Source: Candidatus Benthicola azotiphorus
Lineage (GTDB): Bacteria; Gemmatimonadota; Gemmatimonadetes; Palauibacterales; Palauibacteraceae
Assembly: GCA_947581745.1 (NCBI GenBank)
Contig: CANPVW010000258.1
Span: 1 to 33,863 of the forward strand
Direction: 5' to 3'
Length of the DNA: 33,863 bases
A program made the position numbers and the translations under genes. Shown here one piece after another: positions 16,095 through 23,019 of the stretch (position 1 is its first letter; every line of letters begins with the position of its first letter). Below the pieces are notes generated by a model, which saw nothing but the letters and a program-made list of their open reading frames with translations, had not been told where the DNA came from and made no database searches.

Positions 16095-17117
16095 ATGATC
16101 ATGACCGCGCCTTCCGGCAGGCCTCGGCCCTGGTGCATCATACTGGCGGGTGGGGGAGGCTCACGGCTGCACGGTTGCACCGTCGACAGCACCGGCCACC
16201 ACGTACCGAAACAGTACTGCGTTGTCGATGCAGGGAGGACGCTCCTGCAGCTGGCGATCGCGCGCGCGGAGCTTTTCGTCGATCTGGATCACGTGGTGGT
16301 CGTGGTCTCGAGCCAGCATCGAAGGTGGTGGAAGCCGCAACTCGCGGGCGTCCTTCCACGTGAGAACGTTGTAGTCCAGCCTCTGTCGAGGGGAACCGCC
16401 GTGGGTGTTCTGCTCCCTCTACTCCGCGTGCTGGCGCGCGATCCCGCCGCCCACGTGGTTCTGCTCCCGGCGGACCACCACTTCCGCCATGAGGACCGCC
16501 TCGCCCGCGTGATTCGTGTCTGTCTCGATCACACCGATCATGAGCCGTCCACGCTCGTCTTCGTGGGAGTCGAGGCCAACTCAGCAACGTCAGATTTCGG
16601 ATACATCGTGCCCCGCACGAGCGGAGGCACGGGTCCGAGTCCGGTGGCGTCCTTTCACGAGAAGCCGCGGCCTGAGCTGGCCCAGCATCTCGTCGGTCGC
16701 GGGGCTCTCTGGAACACGCTCATCTTCGCGGCCCGCGGCCGATACCTGCTGCAGGTGATCAGGGAGCGGTTTCCCCATACGGTTGCAGCGTTGCGCGTGG
16801 CCGTATCACCGGAAATCGACCTGGACCGCCAGGCACTGGCGCTTGCGGCCATCTATCCCGGTCTTACGAACATCGACCTGTCGGCAGACGTGCTGCAGCA
16901 CGTGACCGGCTCAATGGCGGTAACGCCGGCGATCGACGTGGGGTGGTCGGAGCTGGGTACTCCGGATCGCGTGTGCGCCTTCTGGGATGAGATTCGTCCA
17001 GCACGCATCGGTCGGAAGCCGTCTGGATCTCCCGCGAGCCGACCGGCGGCCGCTTCCGCGCTCTTCAGTGCAAGCGCAGCAGGCGGAGGAGGGATCTCGC
17101 TCCGTCCACCGGAGTGA
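16095..17117 (+). CDS. Sugar-phosphate nucleotidyltransferase (mannose-1-phosphate guanylyltransferase-like, NTP_transferase fold)
   Basis: WCIILAGGGGSRLHG...PKQYC is the G-rich NTP-binding loop (ILAGG.G.RL). LLPADHHF and VFVGVEANSATSDFGYIV match the catalytic core of ManC-like enzymes. No cupin/isomerase domain is present, and the C-terminal tail is Ala/Ser/Gly-rich. The start is uncertain: ATG 16095 has GAGG 8 nt upstream, and GTG 16047 is possible. Confidence 0.7.
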   Translation: MIMTAPSGRPRPWCIILAGGGGSRLHGCTVDSTGHHVPKQYCVVDAGRTLLQLAIARAELFVDLDHVVVVVSSQHRRWWKPQLAGVLPRENVVVQPLSRGTAVGVLLPLLRVLARDPAAHVVLLPADHHFRHEDRLARVIRVCLDHTDHEPSTLVFVGVEANSATSDFGYIVPRTSGGTGPSPVASFHEKPRPELAQHLVGRGALWNTLIFAARGRYLLQVIRERFPHTVAALRVAVSPEIDLDRQALALAAIYPGLTNIDLSADVLQHVTGSMAVTPAIDVGWSELGTPDRVCAFWDEIRPARIGRKPSGSPASRPAAASALFSASAAGGGGISLRPPE

Positions 17118-17258
17118 AGTGTCAGCAAGGTCGATCGAGGAGGCGGATGCAGATGCGCTGGTCGCGGCTCTCGAAACGGCCGCTCAAGCCGTGGCGCAGC
17201 CCACGGCGTGACCCGCCCTGCTACGACCGAGCCGACGTGTGCAACTCGACAGGCATCG

Positions 17259-19499
17259 CTACGCGGGCTTCAGCCCCATCCGGTCCAGGATTTCGTTGAA
17301 GCCCGGGACCGCACGCAGCTGCGCGCCCAGCGGTGTGCAGAATCCGTTGAACGCCAGATAAGGGTCCTTCTCATCCGCTGCCCGATGCGCCAGTCGCAGC
17401 GCCTCCTCCGGCTCGCCGATCGATGCCGCGACCAGCGCCAGGACCATCGGCTGCACGTAGCCTTGCCCGGATCTGGCTTGCAGCTCCGTGTACACCGATC
17501 GGGCCAACTCGAGTCGCCCACAGTCCGCGTGCAGCTGCCCCAGGGCGCCGAGCGCCCAGGAGTGACGCCCCGAAACGGCCAGAGCTCGTTCGTAGGACTC
17601 CTGCGCCTCTTCGTATCGCGATGAGAAGTGGTAACAGAATCCCAGGGCGCAGTGGCCCCAGTAGGAGTCCGTGTCGAGCTCGACTCCACGACGTCCTTCC
17701 TCGATGGCCTCCTCGGGCTGGCCCGCGTTGGACAGAACGTCCGCGAGCATCGTGTGCGTGTAGGCCGACAGCGGATCGAGTTCGACCGCCCGTCGCGCCT
17801 GACGGATCGCCTCGTCGTGCCGCGCCCGAACCATCTGCAGGTAGATCAAGGCGTACCAGGTCCTCGCCTGGATGAAACCCGGGTTCAGCTCCAGGGCTCG
17901 CTCGAAGGCGCGTTCGGTCGCGTCCCAGTCCCAGTCACGCATGGAGATGAGAGCCCTGGCGTTGTGCGCCTCCGCCAGCTCGGGCCCCAGTTCGACGGCC
18001 CGTTCCGCTGCCACGCGAGCTTGCGGCCAGGCCTCTTCCGGCGGAAGCATGCCGTAGTAGCCGAGTATGCCATACGCATCGGAGAGGCCCGCGTATGCCA
18101 GCGCATACCCGGGGTCGAGTTGCAGCGCCTCCCGGAAGCACCCGACGGACCACTTCATGGCCGATCCTCGCTGATAAAGCAGCGCCCGGCCCTTCAGATA
18201 CAACTGATATGCCTCGACGTTCTCCGTTTGTGGCCTCACGCTGCGGGGCGCGCGCTGACCGGCCAGCGTCACCTGCAGGCGCTCGGCGATACTGGCCGCG
18301 ATCTCGTCCTGGATCGCGAACACGTCGCCCATGTTCCGGTCGAAACGCTCCGACCACAGGTGATAGCCGTCGGCCACGTCGATCAGCTGGGCCGTGATTC
18401 GAATGCGATCTCCCGCCTTGCGCACGCTGCCTTCGAGGACGGTGGCCACGCTCAACTTCTCACCGACGGATCGGAGATCTTCGTTGTTTCCCTTGAACGA
18501 GAATGCCGATGTCCGTCCGGCCACCTTGAGCTCCGAGAGCTGGGCCAACGCGTTGATGATCTCCTCGGTGATCCCGTCACAGAAGTACTCGTTCTCCGGA
18601 TCGGCGCTCATGTTCGCGAAGGGCAGCACGGCAACCGACTTTTCCGGCGGTGGCGCGACCGATTCCGAGGGCGCGGTCTCCAACGCCTCCGCGAACAGGC
18701 CGGCCGTCGGGAAGCGGTCCATCGGCGTCTTCTCGAGCGCTCTCGCGACGGCTCGGCTGATGCCGATCGGTACCGATGTCCGGAGGGTCGAGACGTCGGT
18801 AGGCCTCCTCGTGAGCCTCTTTACCATCACGGCGCGGGGGTTGATTCCCGAGAAAGGCGGCTCACCCGTCAGTAACTCGTACAGCACGCAGCCGAGCGAG
18901 TAGATGTCGCTCCGCTCGTCCGCTTCCTCGCCCGCAGCCTGCTCGGGACTCATGTAGGCCGGCGTTCCGACCGCCATTCCGGTCACGGTGATCTTCTCCC
19001 CGTTCGCCGTCGTGGCCATCCGCGCCACCCCGAAGTCGGCTAGAAGCGCCCTTCCGTCCGAGAGGAGGATGTTCGCGGGCTTCACGTCGCGGTGCACGAT
19101 TCCCTCGCGGTGAGCATGATCCAGCGCGCCCGCCACCTCCCGTGCGATCCGGATCGCCTCGTCCACCGGAAGCTGCTTCTCCCTCTCCAGGCGCTGCCGC
19201 AGGCTCTCCCCCTTCACGTAGGGCATCACGTAGTACAGAAGCCCGTCGGCCTCGCCGGAGTCGTGGAGCGGAAGGATGTGCGGATGGGTCAAGCCCGCCA
19301 CGGTCTCGATCTCGCGTTGGAAGCGATCCGGACCGACGGAGGCTGCCAGCTCCGGGTGAAGGACCTTGATGGCGACCTGACGCTTGTGCCTCAAGTCTTC
19401 GGCCACCAACACCGTGGCCATGCCGCCCCGGCCGATCTCCGACTCGACCGAGTAGCGGCCTGCGAGCGCTGACTTGAGACGTGCCAAGAGGTCAGGCAC
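17259..19499 (-). CDS. Ser/Thr protein kinase with cytoplasmic 'LPF' (TolB-N/FlgO-like) module and C-terminal TPR repeats; no TM segment seen
   Basis: Hanks kinase motifs are present: GRGGMATV, AIKVL, HRDVKPANILL, DFGVA, GTPAYMSPEQ. They are followed by SVAVLPFANMSADPENEYFCDGITEEIINAL and multiple TPR-like A..Y..AL.L.P repeats. The start is GTG at 19499 with GGAGG upstream. Confidence 0.9.
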   Translation of the reverse strand: MPDLLARLKSALAGRYSVESEIGRGGMATVLVAEDLRHKRQVAIKVLHPELAASVGPDRFQREIETVAGLTHPHILPLHDSGEADGLLYYVMPYVKGESLRQRLEREKQLPVDEAIRIAREVAGALDHAHREGIVHRDVKPANILLSDGRALLADFGVARMATTANGEKITVTGMAVGTPAYMSPEQAAGEEADERSDIYSLGCVLYELLTGEPPFSGINPRAVMVKRLTRRPTDVSTLRTSVPIGISRAVARALEKTPMDRFPTAGLFAEALETAPSESVAPPPEKSVAVLPFANMSADPENEYFCDGITEEIINALAQLSELKVAGRTSAFSFKGNNEDLRSVGEKLSVATVLEGSVRKAGDRIRITAQLIDVADGYHLWSERFDRNMGDVFAIQDEIAASIAERLQVTLAGQRAPRSVRPQTENVEAYQLYLKGRALLYQRGSAMKWSVGCFREALQLDPGYALAYAGLSDAYGILGYYGMLPPEEAWPQARVAAERAVELGPELAEAHNARALISMRDWDWDATERAFERALELNPGFIQARTWYALIYLQMVRARHDEAIRQARRAVELDPLSAYTHTMLADVLSNAGQPEEAIEEGRRGVELDTDSYWGHCALGFCYHFSSRYEEAQESYERALAVSGRHSWALGALGQLHADCGRLELARSVYTELQARSGQGYVQPMVLALVAASIGEPEEALRLAHRAADEKDPYLAFNGFCTPLGAQLRAVPGFNEILDRMGLKPA

Positions 19500-19833
19500 A
19501 ACAGCCTCCGGTGAAACGAACAGACAAGATCAATATATGGAACGAGTCTTGGACTGCGTAGCTGCAGACCCTGGGGAAGCGGAGGAGTTGGGCCGACGCC
19601 GGCTGAACTCGCTAGATGCCCCGACCGAAGCAGAGTGGACCCAGGAGTGTCAGGAAGGCCAGCGCGATGAGAATGAACCAGAACCGGCTATCGGTGCGCG
19701 ACGGGAACCTGTCTCTCGCGATCAGCCAGGTGTGCCGGTGATGACGAGGAAGAGGATACCCAGCCCGATCGCGACTGCCTGGTCGAAGCTCATGGCCGAA
19801 GTATACGGTGACGTCTATCCGGAACATATCCGA

Positions 19834-19851
19834 TGACCCCGGCTGGACTCG
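19834..19851. repeat. 18-bp direct repeat of the tRNA-Arg 3' end (att-like)
   Basis: tgaccccggctggactcg occurs at 19834-19851 and again at 19902-19919. The second copy is the discriminator, 3' acceptor strand, T-stem and part of the T-loop of the tRNA. A 50-bp spacer separates the copies. Confidence 0.65.
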
Positions 19852-19901
19852 CTGTCAGACGTCGTTCCGGCTGACATTGAGCAATGCGGCTGGAAGTTCA
19901 G

Positions 19902-19975
19902 TGACCCCGGCTGGACTCGAACCAGCGGCCTTCGGATTAGGAATCCGACGCTCTATCCTCCTGAGCTACGGGGCC
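19902..19975 (-). tRNA. tRNA-Arg (anticodon CCT)
   Basis: The reverse complement folds as a 74-nt cloverleaf. The acceptor is GGCCCCG/CGGGGTC (one G-U pair), the D arm is GCTC-AGGAGGATA-GAGC and the anticodon arm is TCGGA-TTCCTAA-TCCGA (anticodon CCT). The variable loop is AGGCC, the T arm is GCTGG-TTCGAGT-CCAGC and the discriminator is A. CCA is not encoded. Confidence 0.92.
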
Positions 19976-20284
19976 CTTCGCAGCGACCGATAATATAGTC
20001 CGGCGTCCCGGCCTCGCTACCGAGTTGCCCCCGATCCGGAATCGACCGCTGTCCTTCTGCCGTTTTGACAACCAGCCCGATCAACTTGACGCACCCGATG
20101 CACGCAGAACGCCATTCTTGCAGAGATTCGGGCCGGATTTCAGGCATGTCTGTTGCGTTTTCACCGGGCGAGATCAGTGCTCGTCCGACCTCACGGTCGA
20201 GCGGGCAGACCAGACGAACAGACGGCCGGGTTCCGCGATACTACCGGCCGGAGTACCTGAAGAGGACAACCGAAGGAGGAAAAC

Positions 20285-20728
20285 ATGACACTCCCGACCC
20301 GACGCTCGACCGCCATCTTCCGCCCGTTCCCCGAGCTTCGCTGGGACGCGGATCGCCTGTTCGAGGATTTGTTCAGCCGCCCGCAGTTTCACGTCGCCCC
20401 GGGTGGTCCGGAAGCTGACTTCTACGAGACGGAGAACGAGTTCGTACTCGAGATGGATCTGCCCGGATTCACGAACGAGGACGTGGACGTGACGGTGGAG
20501 AAGGGCGTCCTGACGATCCACGGCGAGCGCACAGTCGAGCGCGAAGACGCGGCGGGCACGTACCACCTGCGCGAGCGCTCGTGGGGCAAGTTCTCCCGCA
20601 GTTTCTCGATCCCTCACACGATCGAGGCGGATGGTGTGGACGCATCGTTCAACAAGGGCGTGCTGACGGTGAAGCTGCCGAAGGCGGCCGAGGCACTGGC
20701 CCGCAAGATCCAGGTCAAGGGCGAGTAA
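20285..20728 (+). CDS. Hsp20/alpha-crystallin family small heat-shock protein
   Basis: The alpha-crystallin domain reads ADFYETENEFVLEMDLPGFTNEDVDVTVEKGVLTIHGERT...RERSWGKFSRSFSIPHTIEADGVDASFNKGVLTVKLPK. AAGGAGG lies 6 nt upstream of the ATG. Confidence 0.93.
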   Translation: MTLPTRRSTAIFRPFPELRWDADRLFEDLFSRPQFHVAPGGPEADFYETENEFVLEMDLPGFTNEDVDVTVEKGVLTIHGERTVEREDAAGTYHLRERSWGKFSRSFSIPHTIEADGVDASFNKGVLTVKLPKAAEALARKIQVKGE

Positions 20729-20782
20729 GCTCTTCCGGAAGACCAGGAGCCGGGCGCACGGAGCTGGACGCCCGGAGACGGA

Positions 20783-20810
20783 GGGGTCGGCTGATGCCGG
20801 CCCCTTCGTG
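20783..20810 (+). terminator. Candidate intrinsic terminator downstream of hsp20
   Basis: ggggtcggc-tgat-gccggcccc forms a 9-bp stem (one G-U pair) with a 4-nt loop. It is followed by ttcgtg, about 55 nt after the hsp20 stop. The U-tract is short. Confidence 0.4.
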
Positions 20811-21004
20811 CATCGAGGCCCGGTCCGGACTTCACATCTCCTGACGATTTGTTTAGGCTGGAGCGACCGAGGCTGGGAGCGCGGGCCCCCGGACCCTCCT
20901 CCGGCGGCCCGCGCGAAGGGACCGTCCCGCACCCACCACTATTCGAAGACCCGCAGACAGGGTGTCACTTCGAGACTCTTCCGTCCTTCAATCAGGAGAT
21001 TGCC

Positions 21005-21784
21005 ATGCGCAGGATTCTGGGTTCGCTGTTCGCTTCGTCGGTGCTGTGCGCTCTCACTCCGGTCACCAGCCTCCAGGCCCAGGAGTATGAGCCAGGGGAC
21101 CTCGGAATGGTCATGCACACCGAGGTGGCCCCGAAGTACCGCCAGGCCTATCGCGAAGCGGTGGAGAAGCTCAACGAGGCGGCCGCAGCCGCCGGGATCA
21201 CCGACCGCGAGTGGCACTTCTGGGGCACCGACACCGGGTACATGCTCTATTACCCGGTGGCGAACTTCGCCTACTTCGACGACCCGATGCAGCTGTGGCG
21301 GCAGTTCGATGGCACGGATGGGGAGGCCCTCCGCAACGAGTTCTTCGCTGCCATGCAGTCGATTCCGCAGCACACGTCCACCGAGATCGTCGAGACCATT
21401 CCGGGCCTCGAGTACTGGCCGGAGGGCTACGATGACATCAAGGTCGCTCACTTCCACTTCGAGTGGCTGGCGGACGGAGCATCCGAAGAGGCCTGGATGG
21501 ATCTTTCCCGAGACTTCATCGCGTTCCTCCAGCGCATCGGCTACCCCTACGGGGTGCGCGCCTACCGGACCCGGATCGGCGACGAGCGCATGATCTGGGT
21601 CATGTTCGCGCCAGGCCTGTCCGAGTTTCACTCGGATGCGGCCTGGGATGACCTGGTCGAAGCGGCCGGCGCCCAGGAAGAACAGGAAGCCCTCAACGAC
21701 AGGTTCCGCGACATCGTCGGGCGCTGGGAGCACTCCGATGCTCGCTACATCGAGAACATGAGCTACGTGCCGGACGGAATGTAG
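21005..21784 (+). CDS. Secreted hypothetical protein with internal two-domain duplication (possibly dimeric alpha/beta-barrel-like)
   Basis: The signal peptide is MRRILGSLFASSVLCALTPVTSLQA|QE, with AGGAG 7 nt upstream of ATG 21005. The two halves share a pattern: ...WHFWGTDTGYMLYYPVANFAYFDD...GEALRNEFF versus ...YRTRIGDERMIWVMFAPGLSEFHSD...QEALNDRFR. I recognise no family motif. Confidence 0.7.
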   Translation: MRRILGSLFASSVLCALTPVTSLQAQEYEPGDLGMVMHTEVAPKYRQAYREAVEKLNEAAAAAGITDREWHFWGTDTGYMLYYPVANFAYFDDPMQLWRQFDGTDGEALRNEFFAAMQSIPQHTSTEIVETIPGLEYWPEGYDDIKVAHFHFEWLADGASEEAWMDLSRDFIAFLQRIGYPYGVRAYRTRIGDERMIWVMFAPGLSEFHSDAAWDDLVEAAGAQEEQEALNDRFRDIVGRWEHSDARYIENMSYVPDGM

Positions 21785-21829
21785 TCGCGGGCGCGTCTCA
21801 CGACGCGTTCAAGGGAAGGCAGGAAGAAA

Positions 21830-21859
21830 GAGGGGGCAGCCATTCCAGGCTGCCCCCTC
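21830..21859. terminator. Bidirectional intrinsic terminator between convergent genes
   Basis: A perfect 12-bp GC-rich stem is formed by gagggggcagcc (21830-21841) and ggctgccccctc (21848-21859), with a 6-nt loop. On the minus-strand transcript it is followed by TTTCTTCC. It lies between stops at 21784 and 21913. Confidence 0.75.
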
Positions 21860-21912
21860 GCTCGTTCAGGTCGCGGCACCGCGATCGTGCCGACGATCGG
21901 ATTGAGCTTGCC

Positions 21913-22665
21913 TTACATCTCGTCGGACGACGACGCGGTCGCGCCGAATTCGTAGAAACCGTCTTTGTGCTCGGTGCAGTAATCCGTGAGGTTCGGGGCA
22001 TCGTCGTCCATGGACGCGATGTAGGCCTCCCAACCGGCCAGGATCCCCGGAATGTCGTCGGCCATGTAGTAGAAGTTCACGTTCCACTCGCCTGCCCACG
22101 CGTGGTAGAACACGCCCGCCTCGTTCCATACGCCGGAATCGACCACGGCCTGGGCCTTGGCCAGGGCATAGTTCTCCCAGTCGTCGTTCACGGCGCCCAC
22201 GTCCGTGCACTTCCACGAGCTGATGGCCATCGCCGGCCCCGGAGCAGGGGGATTGCCAGCCTGCTTGCCGAGCCAGTAGAAGCCGTCCTTGTGCTCGCTG
22301 CAGTTGTCCCAGAGGTTCGTGCCTTCGTCGCCGTACATCTCATCGTACGCCGCGTTGCTCGCCTCCTGGCCCTCGAGCAGGTCAGGAATGTCATCCGCGA
22401 CCGCCCAGTAGTTCACGTTCCATTCGTCGGCCCACGAATGGTAGAAGATACCAGCTGCGTTCCACGTGCTGTTGTCGACCGCGCTCTGGGCGGCGTTGAG
22501 CGCGCGCATGTCCCAGTCTTGGGCGATCGTCCCCATGTTGCCGAAGTCACACTTCCACGAGCTGATCACCAGCATCGGCGGGGTTCCCTCGTCTTCCTGC
22601 GCATTGACGGCGGCAGGCCAGATGAAGGCGGCCGCGAGGGCCACTGCCACTACACGACGAAGCAT
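21913..22665 (-). CDS. Secreted hypothetical protein made of two ~105-aa tandem repeats (Trp-rich, one Cys pair each)
   Basis: The signal peptide is MLRRVVAVALAAAFIWPAAVNA|QE, with AAGGAGG 5 nt upstream of ATG 22665. Repeat 1 reads LVISSWKCDFG...GIFYHSWADEWNVNYWAVADDIPDL...CSEHKDGFYWLG. Repeat 2 reads MAISSWKCTDVG...GVFYHAWAGEWNVNFYYMADDIPGI...CTEHKDGFYEFG. Confidence 0.75.
   Translation of the reverse strand: MLRRVVAVALAAAFIWPAAVNAQEDEGTPPMLVISSWKCDFGNMGTIAQDWDMRALNAAQSAVDNSTWNAAGIFYHSWADEWNVNYWAVADDIPDLLEGQEASNAAYDEMYGDEGTNLWDNCSEHKDGFYWLGKQAGNPPAPGPAMAISSWKCTDVGAVNDDWENYALAKAQAVVDSGVWNEAGVFYHAWAGEWNVNFYYMADDIPGILAGWEAYIASMDDDAPNLTDYCTEHKDGFYEFGATASSSDEM
21937..22581 (-). repeat. In-frame tandem duplication (2 x ~105 codons) inside CDS 21913-22665
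   Basis: The repeats also match at DNA level, for example gttcacgttccactcgcctgcccacgcgtggtagaa (~22074) and gttcacgttccattcgtcggcccacgaatggtagaa (~22412), offset by ~338 nt. The protein repeats are roughly half identical by eye. Confidence 0.7.
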
Positions 22666-23019
22666 CCATTCCTCCTTGCGGATATGCATCCGCCGGCGAC
22701 GCCAACCCGAGTGGTCACGGCAGCGCCGGCAGTAAGTCAGGCACCGGATCGGTCCGATGCCCGGGACAACGTATGTCTATGGGGTGTCGGTGCCTCGGAG
22801 CACCGATATCACCGAAAGCGGCTGAAATGCGGCCTCCACCGCCCCGTGAAGATCGCCCCCGAGGCTACGTAAAACCGCTGGATGCTGTCAATGGCAAGGC
22901 CCTGGGACACATGACGAGCGGTGGTGAAGCGGGTACCGGCCGTCAGCGTGTGACCGAATGCCCACATGCCCACTTTTGGACAAGGGCACGGATGGCCCCA
23001 TCGTCAAAGGAAGGTGACC

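Noticed and set aside
17188-17207. A hairpin gccgtgg-cgcagc-ccacggc between the convergent nucleotidyltransferase and kinase 1 genes, as a possible terminator.
   Set aside because: The stem is only 7 bp and there is no U-tract on either strand, which is too weak to call.
19976-20284. Heat-shock regulatory elements upstream of hsp20. I looked for CIRCE (TTAGCACTC-N9-GAGTGCTAA), HAIR (CTTGAGT-N7-ACTCAAG), a sigma-32-type CTTGAA/CCCCAT promoter, and a ROSE/fourU thermometer pairing with the AAGGAGG SD.
   Set aside because: I found only partial resemblances: CAGTGCTCG at ~20176, CTTGAC at 20085-20090 with CGCCATTC ~19 nt downstream, and a 7-bp cggccgg/ccggccg inverted repeat at ~20222-20250. None matches both half-sites or the correct spacing, and no anti-SD stretch (cctcctt) lies in the leader. 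This is not supportable from the sequence alone.
22809-22967. A 52-aa minus-strand ORF (MWAFGHTLTAGTRFTTARHVSQGLAIDSIQRFYVASGAIFTGRWRPHFSRFR) in the 354-nt gap downstream of fdsA. It has GC-rich third positions and a beta-strand-like alternation.
   Set aside because: It has no convincing RBS, no recognisable family and is short, and high GC3 also arises by chance here. It might be a remnant of a beta-barrel gene or a real small protein, but I cannot support it. A tblastn search against relatives would decide.
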